A stretch of 32,000 bases of DNA, taken from contig NZ_VWWL01000025.1 of the NCBI RefSeq assembly GCF_011752995.1, positions 28,523 to 60,522 on the forward strand, read 5' to 3'. Each line of letters opens with the position of its first letter. Within the stretch, counting starts at the first letter, position 1. A program made the translations under genes and the position numbers. The notes under the pieces are model-generated. The model was not told where the DNA came from. It did not search any database and saw only the letters and a list, made by a program, of their open reading frames with translations. Source of the DNA: Burkholderia sp. Ax-1724. Its GTDB lineage: Bacteria > Pseudomonadota > Gammaproteobacteria > Burkholderiales > Burkholderiaceae. Below, piece by piece: positions 1 through 10,884 of the stretch.

Positions 1-1
1 G

Positions 2-1516
2 CTCACGCGCGACACGCACGACCCGCGCATGGCGCAGCGCGCCACCGAAATCGCGCTGGCCGCGCAAAGCCCGTCGGACGCGCTGGCCGCCGCGCAATTG
101 TGGCAGCAGTACGCGCCGGATTCGGAGCGCGCCGCGCAACTCGACGCCTCGCTGCTCGTGCTGTCCGGCAAGCCCGACGACGCGGCGCCGATCCTCGCGC
201 GCGAACTGGCGAAGGTGCCCGAGGAAAACCGCGGCAACGCGATCCTCTCGCTGCAGTTGCTGCTCTCGCGCGGCCCGAATCGCATCGGCGGTCTGCATGT
301 ATTGCAGGACCTCGCGAAGAACGACCTGAACCGGCCCGAAGCGCAACTCGCGCTCGCCCGTCAGCAGTTGCTGTCCGACGACGCGCCGGGCGCCCGCAAA
401 TCGCTCGAGCAGGCGCTGACCCTGAAACCCGACTATCTGCCGGCGGCGCTGACGCTCTCGCAAATGGGCCCGGAAGAGCGCAAGGAAGGCATCGCGTCGC
501 TCGAAAAATACGTGCAGCAGAATCCGAAATCGCATGACGCGCGGCTCGCGCTCGCGCAGATGTATCTCGCGAGCGACCGTCTCGACGACGCGCAGAAGCA
601 GTTCGAGAGCATGCGCAAGGCGAACCCGAACGACCTCACGCCGTTGATGGCGCTCGCGCTGATCAAGATCCAGCAGAAAAATTTCGCCGACGCGCAGACC
701 TATCTGACGCAATACGCGCAGCTGGCTGACAAGACGCCGGGCGCCGATGCGGGCCAGGCCTACATCTACCTGGCGCAACTGTCGCTCGAACAGAAAAACG
801 AAGCGGCAGCGAACGACTGGCTCAACAAGATTGCGCCGACCAGCCAGCAGTACATGCCCGCGCAGATCACGCGCGCGCAGCTGCTCGCGAAGCAGGGCAA
901 GACCGACGACGCGCGCAAGCTGCTCGCCGGCCTGCAGACCTCCGACCCGCGCGACATGGCGCTGATCGCGCGCACCGACGCCGCGATCCTGTTCGACGCG
1001 AAGCGCTACCCCGAGGCCGAAGAGCGCCTGCAGCAAGCCACGGCAAACTTCCCCGACGACCCCGACCTCACCTACGACTACGCGATGGCCGCCGAAAAGA
1101 CCGGCCATTACGACATCATGGAAGCGCAGTTGCGCAAGCTGATGAAGACGCAGCCGGACAATCCGCAGGCGTACAACGCGCTCGGCTATTCGCTGGCCGA
1201 TCGCAATCAGCGTCTTCCGGAAGCGGACAAGCTGGTCGAAAAGGCCTCGGCCCTCGCGCCGAACGACGCGTTCATCATGGACAGCGTGGGCTGGGTCAAA
1301 TACCGGATGGGCAACACGGCGGATGCGATCAAGCTGCTGCGCAAGGCGTACAGCATCCAGCCGAACGCCGAAATCGGCGCACACCTCGGCGAAGTGCTGT
1401 GGAAAACCGGCGAGCAGGACGAGGCGCGCGCAGCATTCCGTGCCGCGCGCAAGCTCGAGCCGGACAACGACACCCTCGTCAAAACGCTGCAACGTCTTCA
1501 GGTAAACGATCTTTGA
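2..1516 (+). CDS. Tetratricopeptide-repeat protein; 5' end probably outside the window
   Basis: Long ORF with high-GC codon bias and repeated TPR-like A/L/Y-rich 34-aa units. The frame stays open upstream of the ATG at 29 back to base 2. Its stop overlaps the lolB start (TGATG at 1514-1518). Confidence 0.8.
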   Translation, partial: LTRDTHDPRMAQRATEIALAAQSPSDALAAAQLWQQYAPDSERAAQLDASLLVLSGKPDDAAPILARELAKVPEENRGNAILSLQLLLSRGPNRIGGLHVLQDLAKNDLNRPEAQLALARQQLLSDDAPGARKSLEQALTLKPDYLPAALTLSQMGPEERKEGIASLEKYVQQNPKSHDARLALAQMYLASDRLDDAQKQFESMRKANPNDLTPLMALALIKIQQKNFADAQTYLTQYAQLADKTPGADAGQAYIYLAQLSLEQKNEAAANDWLNKIAPTSQQYMPAQITRAQLLAKQGKTDDARKLLAGLQTSDPRDMALIARTDAAILFDAKRYPEAEERLQQATANFPDDPDLTYDYAMAAEKTGHYDIMEAQLRKLMKTQPDNPQAYNALGYSLADRNQRLPEADKLVEKASALAPNDAFIMDSVGWVKYRMGNTADAIKLLRKAYSIQPNAEIGAHLGEVLWKTGEQDEARAAFRAARKLEPDNDTLVKTLQRLQVNDL

Positions 1517-2148
1517 TGCGTCTTTCCCGTTTGATTTCCTGTTCCGGGGCGCCGCGCGGCATGGCGCTCGGATTCGCGGCGGCGGCCGTTGTCGCGCTGG
1601 CGGGCTGCGCGTCGGTGCAACCGCAGGGGGCGTCCACGTCGAAGGCCGCGACCGAAGTGACCGCGCAAACGAGCCGCTCGTATCAGGGCCGTTTCGCGGT
1701 CCAGTACAACGACCAGAACGGCCAGCAACGCAACGCCTACGGCAACTTCTCGTGGCAGGAAACCGGCGACACCGTGACCCTGCAATTGCGCAATCCGCTT
1801 GGTCAGACCCTGGCTATCGTCACGTCGTCGCCGGCCTCGGCCACGCTCGAATTGCCGAACCGCGCACCGCTCACCGCGGATAACGTCTCCACGCTGATGC
1901 AGAATGCACTCGGGTTCACGCTGCCGGTCGAAGGTCTGCGCTACTGGCTGCAGCCGTCTCCCGCACCGACCTCGCGCGCGAAGACCGAGAACGACCCGCA
2001 GCAGCCGTCGCGCTTGAAGCAGATCACGCAGGACGGCTGGACCATCGACTATCTCGCGTATGCCGATGCACCGGCTACCGGCGTAAAGCGCCTCAATCTG
2101 AGCCGCTCGGAGCCGCCGCTCGACATCAAGCTCGTGCTGGATCAGTGA
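1516..2148 (+). CDS. lolB: Outer-membrane lipoprotein LolB
   Basis: Signal peptide with lipobox (VALAGC) directly after the internal Met MRLSRL. Conserved position upstream of ispE. The track ORF starting at 1399 is an upstream extension overlapping the TPR gene. Confidence 0.8.
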   Translation: MRLSRLISCSGAPRGMALGFAAAAVVALAGCASVQPQGASTSKAATEVTAQTSRSYQGRFAVQYNDQNGQQRNAYGNFSWQETGDTVTLQLRNPLGQTLAIVTSSPASATLELPNRAPLTADNVSTLMQNALGFTLPVEGLRYWLQPSPAPTSRAKTENDPQQPSRLKQITQDGWTIDYLAYADAPATGVKRLNLSRSEPPLDIKLVLDQ

Positions 2149-2277
2149 CGGCTTTTCGCCAGGGCGGCCGGTACGACGGCCGCTTTCGAAGGCCGCTTTG
2201 AAAACCTTCGCCCCTGCATCCGTTCACGCAGCGTTACCGCCCGTTTGGCGCCACCTTGGCGCAGGTAGCTTTCACTC

Positions 2278-3159
2278 ATGATCGAAACAACCGATTCGCT
2301 GCGCGATTGCCTCGCGCCAGCGAAACTGAATCTCTTCCTGCACATCACGGGCCGCCGGCCAGATGGCTATCACACTCTGCAAACGGTCTTTCAGCTGCTC
2401 GACTGGGGCGACACGCTGCACTTCACGCGCCGCGACGACGGGCTCATCACACGCCGCACCGAAATCGCCGATGTGCCGCCCGAGCATGACCTCACGGTAC
2501 GCGCCGCGACGCTGCTGAAAGCGCACACGGGTTCGCGCGAGGGCGTCGACATCGAAATCGACAAGCGCCTGCCGATGGGCGCCGGACTCGGCGGTGGCAG
2601 CTCGGACGCAGCGACGACGCTGCTCGCGCTCAATCGCTTATGGAAACTCGACCTGCCGCGCCAGGAATTGCAGGATCTTGCGCTGAAGCTCGGTGCGGAC
2701 GTGCCTTTTTTCGTATTTGGGAAAAATGCCTTCGCAGAGGGTGTTGGGGAAGCGTTAGACGTTGTACAATTGCCGCCGCGTCACTTCCTGGTAGTGACAC
2801 CGAGGGTGCAGGTTCCAACTGCAGCGATTTTTTCCGAAAAAGCGTTGACAAGAGATACAAAGCCCCTCATAATTACGGACTTTCCTGCAGAACACAGCTG
2901 CAACACTGATTGGCCGGAAAGTTTTGGCCGGAATGACATGCAGCAGGTTGTCGTAGGAAAGTACGCGGAAGTAGCGCAAGTGCTGCGATGGTTTGAAAAC
3001 ATCGCGCCAGCGCGGATGTCCGGATCGGGTGCGAGTGTTTTTGCAGCGTTCCGTAGCAAAGCCGAGGCAGAAGCGGCGCAAGCCAAGTTGCCAAGCGAAT
3101 GGAACAGTGCAGTGGCAGCGAGCCTGGATCAGCATCCACTCTTTGCTTTCGCGTCATAA
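2278..3159 (+). CDS. ispE: 4-diphosphocytidyl-2-C-methyl-D-erythritol kinase
   Basis: [20 protein letters not shown] and [25 protein letters not shown]-kinase motifs. Canonical lolB-ispE-tRNA-Gln-prs synteny. Confidence 0.93.
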   Translation: MIETTDSLRDCLAPAKLNLFLHITGRRPDGYHTLQTVFQLLDWGDTLHFTRRDDGLITRRTEIADVPPEHDLTVRAATLLKAHTGSREGVDIEIDKRLPMGAGLGGGSSDAATTLLALNRLWKLDLPRQELQDLALKLGADVPFFVFGKNAFAEGVGEALDVVQLPPRHFLVVTPRVQVPTAAIFSEKALTRDTKPLIITDFPAEHSCNTDWPESFGRNDMQQVVVGKYAEVAQVLRWFENIAPARMSGSGASVFAAFRSKAEAEAAQAKLPSEWNSAVAASLDQHPLFAFAS

Positions 3160-3211
3160 GTTTTGCATCGTCGAACGAAACTCCACGGTCGGCGGAGCTC
3201 AAAGTTAGTGT

Positions 3212-3288
3212 AGGGGAGTCGCCAAGCTGGTTAAGGCACCGGATTTTGATTCCGGCATGCAAAGGTTCGAATCCTTTCTCCCCTGCCA
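3212..3288 (+). tRNA. tRNA-Gln (anticodon UUG)
   Basis: 77 nt. Acceptor stem AGGGGAG/CTCCCCT, anticodon stem CCGGA/TCCGG with loop TTTTGAT (TTG), T-arm GGTTCGAATCC, encoded CCA end. Close to the E. coli tRNA-Gln layout. Confidence 0.92.
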
Positions 3289-3362
3289 AAAATTCTCGTA
3301 GTTCGCTGTGGTTCGTCACAGCAATCATATCTCTCCCGCCCCCAGCCTGAAGTAGGTGCACG

Positions 3363-4319
3363 ATGAGCAGCCATGACGGCCTGATGGTTTTTACTGGCAA
3401 CGCAAATCCCGCGCTTGCCCAGGAAGTCGTCAAAAACCTCGGTATTCCCCTCGGCAAAGCAATGGTCAGCCGTTTTTCGGACGGTGAGATCCAGGTCGAG
3501 ATTCAGGAAAACGTGCGTGGCAAGGATGTCTTCGTCCTGCAATCCACGTGTGCACCGACGAACGACAATCTGATGGAACTGATGATCATGGTCGATGCGC
3601 TCAAACGCGCATCCGCAGGCCGGATCACCGCAGCCATCCCCTACTTCGGTTATGCCCGTCAGGATCGGCGCCCGCGTTCGGCGCGCGTCGCCATCTCGGC
3701 GAAGGTCGTGGCGAACATGCTGGAAATCGCCGGCGTCGAGCGGATCATCACGATGGATCTGCACGCTGACCAGATTCAAGGCTTCTTCGACATCCCGGTC
3801 GACAACATCTACGCAACGCCCGTGTTGCTCGGCGATCTGCGCAAGCAGAACTACGACAACCTGCTGGTCGTTTCGCCGGACGTCGGCGGCGTGGTGCGCG
3901 CCCGTGCACTGGCAAAGCAGCTCAATTGCGATCTCGCGATCATCGACAAGCGTCGCCCGAAGGCGAACGTCGCCGAAGTGATGAACATCATCGGTGAAGT
4001 CGAAGGCCGCACCTGCGTGATCATGGACGACATGGTCGACACGGCCGGCACGCTGTGCAAGGCCGCGCAGGTTCTGAAGGAACGCGGCGCGAAGCAGGTG
4101 TTCGCGTACGCCACTCACCCGGTTCTGTCGGGCGGCGCAGGCGAGCGTATCGCCGCTTCCGCACTCGACGAACTTGTGGTCACGGACACGATCCCGCTCG
4201 GCGAAGAAGCCCGTTCGTGCGCAAAGATCCGTTCGTTGACGAGCGCCGGCCTGCTCGCCGAAACGTTCTCGCGCATCCGCCGCGGCGATTCGGTCATGTC
4301 GCTGTTCGCCGAGAGTTAA
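3363..4319 (+). CDS. prs: Ribose-phosphate pyrophosphokinase
   Basis: 318 aa. FSDGEI, YARQDRR and DLHA..IQGFF motifs, plus the PRPP-binding loop VSPDVGG. Confidence 0.95.
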   Translation: MSSHDGLMVFTGNANPALAQEVVKNLGIPLGKAMVSRFSDGEIQVEIQENVRGKDVFVLQSTCAPTNDNLMELMIMVDALKRASAGRITAAIPYFGYARQDRRPRSARVAISAKVVANMLEIAGVERIITMDLHADQIQGFFDIPVDNIYATPVLLGDLRKQNYDNLLVVSPDVGGVVRARALAKQLNCDLAIIDKRRPKANVAEVMNIIGEVEGRTCVIMDDMVDTAGTLCKAAQVLKERGAKQVFAYATHPVLSGGAGERIAASALDELVVTDTIPLGEEARSCAKIRSLTSAGLLAETFSRIRRGDSVMSLFAES

Positions 4320-4331
4320 GCATTTGCGAAG

Positions 4332-4369
4332 ACGCCGCGTACCGCTTCATGCGACACGCGGCGTTTTTG
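4332..4369 (+). terminator. Rho-independent terminator after prs
   Basis: 9-bp stem ACGCCGCGT/ACGCGGCGT followed by a TTTTT run. Confidence 0.7.
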
Positions 4370-4482
4370 CACAATCGGCATGAACGAACGAAGGTTCGTG
4401 CCGCTATCCCGGGCCTCAGCCATTACGGCTTCGAGGCCCTGTTTTTACTGCCTGGTCGCGGGCAGTGCATTGGAGATTCAAC

Positions 4483-5097
4483 ATGAAAGTAGTCGCTTTC
4501 GAGCGTTCCCTGCAAGGTACGGGTGCGAGCCGCCGCCTGCGTAACTCGGGTAAGACCCCGGGTATCGTTTATGGCGCGGGTGCTGACACGCAACTGATCG
4601 AACTCGATCACAACGCCCTGTGGCACGCGCTCAAGAAAGAAGTTTTCCACTCGTCGATCCTCGAACTGGAAGTGGCCGGCAAGTCGCAACAGGTTCTGCT
4701 GCGCGACGTGCAATACCACCCGTTCCGTCAGCTCGTGCTGCACGTGGACTTCCAGCGCGTCGACGCATCGAAGAAGCTGCACACCAAGGTGCCGCTGCAC
4801 TTCCTGAACCAGGAAAGCAACCCGGCAGTGAAGCTGTCGAGCGCGGTGATCTCGCACGTCCTCAACGAAATCGAAATCGAGTGCCTGCCGTCGGCACTGC
4901 CCGAATTCATCGAAGTCGACCTCGCGAAGATCGAAGCAGGTCAATCGGTTCACGCGAAGGACATCCCGTTGCCGGCAGGTGTGGCGCTCGTCGCCCACGT
5001 CGACGCGGAAAACCCGGTGGTTGCTGCTGCAACGATCCCGGCTGGCGCGATCTCCGGAGACGCCGCTGCTGCTGAAGGCGAAACGCCGGCTGCTTAA
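4483..5097 (+). CDS. rplY: 50S ribosomal protein L25 / general stress protein Ctc
   Basis: [20 protein letters not shown]... typical L25/Ctc N-terminus. GGAG Shine-Dalgarno (SD) upstream of the ATG at 4483. Ala-rich C-terminal tail. Confidence 0.9.
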   Translation: MKVVAFERSLQGTGASRRLRNSGKTPGIVYGAGADTQLIELDHNALWHALKKEVFHSSILELEVAGKSQQVLLRDVQYHPFRQLVLHVDFQRVDASKKLHTKVPLHFLNQESNPAVKLSSAVISHVLNEIEIECLPSALPEFIEVDLAKIEAGQSVHAKDIPLPAGVALVAHVDAENPVVAAATIPAGAISGDAAAAEGETPAA

Positions 5098-5159
5098 GGG
5101 CCCTTCGGTTCAGAGCAAGCAATCCTCTCGATCCGTTTCCCATGAAACGGTCGATGTGA

Positions 5160-5191
5160 CCCGCCGAGGTTCGCCCTGGCGGGTTTTTTTT
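5160..5191 (+). terminator. Rho-independent terminator after rplY
   Basis: Stem CCCGCC/GGCGGG followed by a T8 run. Confidence 0.7.
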
Positions 5192-5246
5192 CGGCTTTTT
5201 GGGTCCGGCTGCAGTTCCCTTCCGGGCCAGATGGACTCACGCAATC

Positions 5247-5852
5247 ATGATCAAGCTGATCGTCGGGCTCGGCAATCCGGGCGCCGAATACACCGCGACG
5301 CGTCACAACGCCGGCTTCTGGCTGGTCGATCAACTCGCGCGCGAGGCAGGCACGACGCTGCGCGACGAGCGGCGCTTCCACGGTTTTTACGCGAAAGCGC
5401 GGCTGCACGGCGAGGAAGTGCATCTGCTGGAGCCGCAAACCTATATGAACCGTTCCGGCCAATCGGTCGTGGCGGTGGCGCAGTTCTTCAAGATTCTTCC
5501 CGACGAGATTCTGGTCGCGCACGACGAGCTCGACATGCCGCCCGGCAGCGTCAAGCTGAAGCTCGGTGGCGGCAGCGGCGGGCATAATGGACTGAAGGAC
5601 ATCAGCGCGCATCTGTCGTCGCAGCAATACTGGCGGCTGCGGATCGGCATCGGCCATCCGCGCGACCTGATTCCCGAAAGCGCGCGCGCCGGCGCCAAAC
5701 CCGACGTCGCCAATTACGTGCTGAAACCGCCGCGCCGCGAAGAGCAGGATGTGATCGACGCGTCGATCGAACGCGCCCTCGCGGTCATGCCCCAGGTCAT
5801 CAAGGGCGAGCTGGAGCGCGCGATGATGCAGCTGCATCGCAATAACGGCTGA
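5247..5852 (+). CDS. pth: Peptidyl-tRNA hydrolase
   Basis: [25 protein letters not shown] canonical Pth N-terminus. The internal ATG at 5247 is preferred over the track start at 5199. Confidence 0.93.
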   Translation: MIKLIVGLGNPGAEYTATRHNAGFWLVDQLAREAGTTLRDERRFHGFYAKARLHGEEVHLLEPQTYMNRSGQSVVAVAQFFKILPDEILVAHDELDMPPGSVKLKLGGGSGGHNGLKDISAHLSSQQYWRLRIGIGHPRDLIPESARAGAKPDVANYVLKPPRREEQDVIDASIERALAVMPQVIKGELERAMMQLHRNNG

Positions 5853-5916
5853 ATAACGGCTGACCGGCGCGGCCGGCCGCCATCGCCATTGCAATCGACA
5901 TCGCCAGGAGAATCGC

Positions 5917-6996
5917 TTGAGCCGTTACTGGAGTGACATCGTCCACCGTTTGACGCCGTATGTGCCGGGCGAACAGCCCGCGCTCGCGCATCCGGTGAAG
6001 CTGAACACCAACGAGAATCCCTACCCGCCGTCGCCGCGCGTGCTCGCGGCGATCCGCCAGGAACTCGGCGACACGGCCGAAGCGCTGCGCCGCTATCCGG
6101 ACCCTACCGCGCGCAAGCTGCGCGAAACGGTCGCTGCCTATCACGGCATCCGCGCCGAACAGGTGTTTGCGGGCAACGGCTCGGACGAGGTGCTCGCGCT
6201 CACGTTCCAGGCCTTGCTCAAGCACGGCAAGCCGCTGCTGTTCCCCGACATCACGTACAGCTTCTATCCGACCTACGCCAGGCTGTTCGAAGTCGATTAC
6301 CAGACCATCGCGCTCGACGACAACTTTGCGATCGACATCGACGATTACGCGGTGGAGAACGGCGGCATCCTGTTTCCGAACCCGAATGCGCCGACCGGCC
6401 GCCCGTTGCCGCTCGCGGACATCGAACGTCTCGTGGCGCGCCATCCGGATTCGGTCGTGGTAATCGACGAGGCTTACGTCGATTTCGGCGCCGAATCGGC
6501 AATTGCGCTGATCGATCGCTATCCGAATCTGCTCGTCGTGCAGACCGTGTCGAAATCGCGTTCGCTGGCCGGCATGCGCGTCGGCCTCGCGTTCGGCAAT
6601 CCGGAGCTGATCGACGCGCTGAACCGCGTGAAAGACAGCTTCAACTCCTACCCGCTCGATCGGCTCGCCCAAGCGGCCGCGACCGCCGCCTACGAAGACG
6701 ACGCCTGGTTCCGCGACTGCTGCGCGAAGGTGATCGCGAGCCGCGAGCGCCTGGCCGCGGAACTGGGCGCGCTCGGCTTCGAAGTCTTGCCGTCGGCCGC
6801 GAATCTGCTGTTCGCGCGCCATGCGGGCTACGACGCGGCGACGCTCGCATTGCGGCTCAGGGAGAAAGAAATTTTCGTGCGCCATTTCAAGGCGCCGCGT
6901 ATCGACCAGCACCTGCGAATTTCGATCGGCACCGATGCTGAATGCGACATTCTGCTGGATGCGTTACGCGCTATTTTCAGCACGTACGCCGGATAG
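5917..6996 (+). CDS. hisC: Histidinol-phosphate aminotransferase family (class II PLP aminotransferase)
   Basis: [12 protein letters not shown] and [12 protein letters not shown] (PLP-lysine) motifs. TTG start 7 nt after an AGGAG SD. Confidence 0.85.
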   Translation: MSRYWSDIVHRLTPYVPGEQPALAHPVKLNTNENPYPPSPRVLAAIRQELGDTAEALRRYPDPTARKLRETVAAYHGIRAEQVFAGNGSDEVLALTFQALLKHGKPLLFPDITYSFYPTYARLFEVDYQTIALDDNFAIDIDDYAVENGGILFPNPNAPTGRPLPLADIERLVARHPDSVVVIDEAYVDFGAESAIALIDRYPNLLVVQTVSKSRSLAGMRVGLAFGNPELIDALNRVKDSFNSYPLDRLAQAAATAAYEDDAWFRDCCAKVIASRERLAAELGALGFEVLPSAANLLFARHAGYDAATLALRLREKEIFVRHFKAPRIDQHLRISIGTDAECDILLDALRAIFSTYAG

Positions 6997-7051
6997 CGAT
7001 GCGCGCCTCGGCGGCCTGAGGAAAACACCACCGCAAAACAAAAGCCAGAAA

Positions 7052-7091
7052 CAAAAATGGCGAAGACCCATTCAGCCTTCGCCATTTTTTT
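7052..7091. terminator. Bidirectional terminator between the convergent hisC-like and ferredoxin genes
   Basis: A-run, stem ATGGCGAAG/CTTCGCCAT, T-run. Confidence 0.7.
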
Positions 7092-7114
7092 GCTGCACGC
7101 ATCAACCCCGAACG

Positions 7115-7416
<302 letters not shown>

Positions 7417-7462
7417 TAGCCTTCCGCACGGTCGTGCAAAATTCCCCGAAATCCACGTTTTT

Positions 7463-7480
7463 GAGTTGCGGCTGAGTTGC
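7463..7480 (+). promoter_or_regulatory. Tandem GAGTTGC repeats, 11-bp spacing (candidate integrase arm-type sites, left end)
   Basis: GAGTTGC at 7463 and 7474. The same motif, spacing and orientation recur at 27018 and 27029. Confidence 0.45.
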
Positions 7481-7535
7481 ACAGGTGTTGCAGATTTTGC
7501 AGCGCGCAAAGTCCAGATAGCACGCCAGGCCATGA

Positions 7536-7658
<123 letters not shown>

Positions 7659-7904
7659 GTTCCATCGACGTTTCCCCTACGGTTCACCAAACGAGCCGCC
7701 ATGTGTTTGGCCGACCTGTTCGACATCTGCGCAGCCTCAAGCTCAAGCAAAGCGCCAGAACGCCGTTAAATCGATGGCGTGCTATGGCTGCACTGATTGA
7801 ACGGCCAATTTGTTCCCTGGTCCGATTATCGGATCTCTCCATAGCCGCAGGGCATATGGCATCCCTGACCTTGCCTGAACTCCCCCTGTTTCCGACTCAA
7901 CGAA

Positions 7905-8501
7905 ATGAGCAGCTTCAACGCAATCCTCGACAAAATTCTGTCTGGGCTACCGGACAATTATTACCTCGCGGGCCACAAGGAAGACGGCGCATTCGACCGA
8001 GAGATTTTGCAACCGTGTGAGAGTCAAGCCGAGATAGACCCCCAGACCATCGAGGCCGAAGTACTGGCAAGCTGGCAGGTGACGCCGCGCACTCACGAGA
8101 ATCTTATTGGCATCGCGTACGCCTATGCTGTTGCCGCTAAACGTGCCAGAGATCAAGACAGAGCATGGACGTATCTTTGCCAAGCACAGTATTGGTACGG
8201 GGTATCGTCGGCAACCATCGTGCTACCTGATGCGGTAGAGCGTGCCCATGTGACCAAGGCATCCAATGGCGCATCCAAGCGCAATGAGAAGTACGAGCCG
8301 TTGCGTTTGCTGGCACGTGAACTGGCCGCATCGGGCAAGTATCAGAGCAAGCGGAACGCGGCGCTATCGATCAGAGAGCCGATTCTTTCGAAAGCCAAGG
8401 ATCTCAAAGTCAATCTGTCCGAGGATCAAGCCGAGAGAACGATCACGAAGTGGCTGGACGGCATGACGTTTGCCCGCAAACGGTCCACCACTTGCGGCTA
8501 A
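7905..8501 (+). CDS. Hypothetical protein (198 aa)
   Basis: Clean ORF with an ATG start. No motif recognised. Confidence 0.55.
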   Translation: MSSFNAILDKILSGLPDNYYLAGHKEDGAFDREILQPCESQAEIDPQTIEAEVLASWQVTPRTHENLIGIAYAYAVAAKRARDQDRAWTYLCQAQYWYGVSSATIVLPDAVERAHVTKASNGASKRNEKYEPLRLLARELAASGKYQSKRNAALSIREPILSKAKDLKVNLSEDQAERTITKWLDGMTFARKRSTTCG

Positions 8502-8611
8502 ACAGCGTATGTGATGCGGCAAATGCAATTTTGCTGCAAACCGCTCCTAAATAAAATTCAATCCGTCGATTCACCGAACGACGATCAATCGAATTTTATA
8601 AGGAGCGGAAT

Positions 8612-9820
8612 ATGCAGGAACTCAATCAACTTAAATCCTCCGAACACAAGTCCGATAAGCCGACTTGCACGCCCGAAAGTAATTTCTCAAGCCTCATTAA
8701 AAGTGCAATCAATCTCGGTAGCGGCTATCGCCAGAGGTCGCGAGAAATTGCAGCGGTTCATTATGCAGCTGCTCACAAATACCATACCGACGAATCCAAC
8801 CGCGGCGCGTATGAAGAAGAATTGAAAAAGCTTTGCGTGGAAAATAAAATCGAGGTAACGCCCGGTAAAACGTCCCCTTATCACAAGATCGTGCGCCTTA
8901 CTTTTACTGATGCGACGAAGCAATATGTCTCGGATAAGGTTCACGTTCTCTCCGTGGCACTCGCAAAACAAATCGAACCTGAAAATTTCTTGGTCTGGCT
9001 TGAAAACGAGAGGGGTGAGCGAAAGATTGTTGAAACCTATAGGCGAGACGGATCTTGCAAGCAGAATCCCACCAACAACGACGATCAAGATGTAATTGCA
9101 GACGATCTGTATCGTGAGCATAATCGGAATATGCAAGCGCAACGCGCTCGGCAGCATTCAGTCGTATTCGTAATTGATGCAGCTACGGCATCGCAAGTTC
9201 TGCCGAAATTGCAGATCGATACGGAATGTGCAGCGATTATTGCACGCCAAACCGATGGCAGCTTTGTCATTAAGGCAGTCGTCGCAGATCGTGATATTGC
9301 CGAAGATGTTTATGTCGGTTACTACCGCATCAACTCACATGTAATCGATTCGGCAGTCAAACAGAGGCAGATTGCTGAAATTCTCGAAAGCACGGACGAC
9401 CTGTCCGTTGCTGACATCCGAAAGAAACTTGGCGATGAGATTGCCAATAAAGCAGTTGAAGCAGCTAGGCAAGTCAGCGAGTTCAATCGGGAAATGTCGC
9501 GCGTTCCGGACGCACTTAGAAGATACGTTGAACTGTTAAAAAAGGCCGATGTGGCTTTTGCAGCCAATGGTGACGCCTCACATTACGAAGGAGCAATGGA
9601 AGAACTGGAACAAGTACTTGAAGATGATCAATCACTTCAAGGACGCATTGATCGACCATTCGATCGAACAGCAAATCTTTGCCCGGACAATATGCCGCGT
9701 CATATTGGATCAAAATCGAGGCATGCAATGAACACCCTCACCACGACAAAACAGAATGCACTTAGGCGCGCTCTGGAAATCGAATATGCAATCTTTCCCG
9801 GTATTGAATCGAGAACGTAA
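8612..9820 (+). CDS. Hypothetical protein (402 aa), AT-rich foreign gene
   Basis: AAGGAG SD 6 nt upstream of the ATG. A long ORF in AT-rich DNA is unlikely by chance. No motif recognised. Confidence 0.7.
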   Translation: MQELNQLKSSEHKSDKPTCTPESNFSSLIKSAINLGSGYRQRSREIAAVHYAAAHKYHTDESNRGAYEEELKKLCVENKIEVTPGKTSPYHKIVRLTFTDATKQYVSDKVHVLSVALAKQIEPENFLVWLENERGERKIVETYRRDGSCKQNPTNNDDQDVIADDLYREHNRNMQAQRARQHSVVFVIDAATASQVLPKLQIDTECAAIIARQTDGSFVIKAVVADRDIAEDVYVGYYRINSHVIDSAVKQRQIAEILESTDDLSVADIRKKLGDEIANKAVEAARQVSEFNREMSRVPDALRRYVELLKKADVAFAANGDASHYEGAMEELEQVLEDDQSLQGRIDRPFDRTANLCPDNMPRHIGSKSRHAMNTLTTTKQNALRRALEIEYAIFPGIESRT

Positions 9821-9846
9821 AAATAAAATTTACGAAGACTAGAATC

Positions 9847-9867
9847 GAAGTCCGAAAATCGGACTTC
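9847..9867 (+). repeat. Hairpin GAAGTCCGA-AAA-TCGGACTTC (copy 1 of a recurring hairpin family)
   Basis: Perfect 9-bp stem 27 nt after the stop of the 402-aa gene. Related copies at 19260-19282 and 23989-24013. Confidence 0.6.
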
Positions 9868-9896
9868 AAATTAAGCCAAAAAGCAAAAGGACAAAA

Positions 9897-10289
9897 ATGA
9901 ATCACACTCTTAAATTTGATGGGGTATTCCGCGAGGAATTGACTCACGAACCCGATACCTGGATCGCCAAAGCGTTGTTTAACGCGCCCATTGACCACTT
10001 TAATGATAGAGAACGTCATCAAAGAATGGTAGCCGCAGAGTATTTCGAGGAAACAGCAGAAGAGATGGCAATATGGATGCACAATAACTCAGAAGGGAAA
10101 TTGAAATTTGAGAGGTCATTTAATTTCCATGAAGGACAGGCTGAGTTGGCGGCAACCTTGACGTTTCACGATATGAGCGAGTTCGTTTTGTTTGCGATGG
10201 AGTATTCTGTTGAACGACACGGAATCGGCAACACGGTGAGTTGCTTACCGGATATTCTGAAAAAGACCCTTGGAAATTCCACGGAATGA
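9897..10289 (+). CDS. Hypothetical protein (130 aa)
   Basis: ORF in AT-rich DNA with an AAAGGA SD. No motif recognised. Confidence 0.6.
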   Translation: MNHTLKFDGVFREELTHEPDTWIAKALFNAPIDHFNDRERHQRMVAAEYFEETAEEMAIWMHNNSEGKLKFERSFNFHEGQAELAATLTFHDMSEFVLFAMEYSVERHGIGNTVSCLPDILKKTLGNSTE

Positions 10290-10426
10290 CGCGACCAAGG
10301 CAGTATTGCATGTTGTCGTAGGGGTCATCAGTCTTCCCTTGATGATCCACTACCCCCTCGCTATCCTCGTTTTATCTAGGCATTTCACTCGATGCCGTTC
10401 CGATACGAAGCATAGCAAGGGGTTAA

Positions 10427-10852
10427 ATGTTCGCAATCACACGTTTCCACAATTTCATGTCGCTGTATCAAGGGCGGTACGCTACCGCCCTTGCAAAATC
10501 GCTTGGCACGTCGGTGTTCGCAGCAAAGGCGCTCGACATCGTCCTGTCCACCGGTGAAATCTCACTCGACAAGTTGCGTCTGCTACTCGGTTGCAGTCGC
10601 GGACAGGCAGTTGGTGCCGCATTCGACCTGCACGAGCAGGGCCTAGCCCAAGTCATCAAATTGACAAAAACCTCGAACAGCGAATACTTCCTCGCACCAA
10701 TCGACGCACAATGCGAAGCTGCACGCCGCTATCGCGCCAAGTTGGAACGACTCGGCCGTGACATGGGCCTATCCGATGCTTTCGAAAAGGCGTTGCCTGC
10801 CTTGCAGGCGATCTTCATGGAAGCCCTATCTACGATGGAAGCAAACCAGTAG
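10427..10852 (+). CDS. Winged-helix (MarR-like) protein, paralog A
   Basis: FHNFMSLYQGRYATALAKSLG...GCSRGQAVGAAFDLHEQGLAQV is collinear with the convergent neighbour on the minus strand. Confidence 0.6.
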   Translation: MFAITRFHNFMSLYQGRYATALAKSLGTSVFAAKALDIVLSTGEISLDKLRLLLGCSRGQAVGAAFDLHEQGLAQVIKLTKTSNSEYFLAPIDAQCEAARRYRAKLERLGRDMGLSDAFEKALPALQAIFMEALSTMEANQ

Positions 10853-10884
10853 CACCATCGGCGTTCGGCGGCGCTCGGCACAGC

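Noticed and set aside
5841-5862. 11-bp tandem duplication AATAACGGCTG x2 spanning the pth stop codon.
   Set aside because: A trivial local duplication that does not change the Pth protein. No functional implication is evident.
3231-6912. Long antisense or alternate-frame ORFs overlapping prs, rplY, pth and the aminotransferase (for example 3231-4118 minus, 4423-4998 minus, 5094-5894 minus, 5800-6912 minus).
   Set aside because: These are typical shadow ORFs of high-GC DNA. Their translations are Arg/Ala/Gly-rich and low in complexity, and each overlaps a gene with unmistakable conserved motifs on the other strand or frame.
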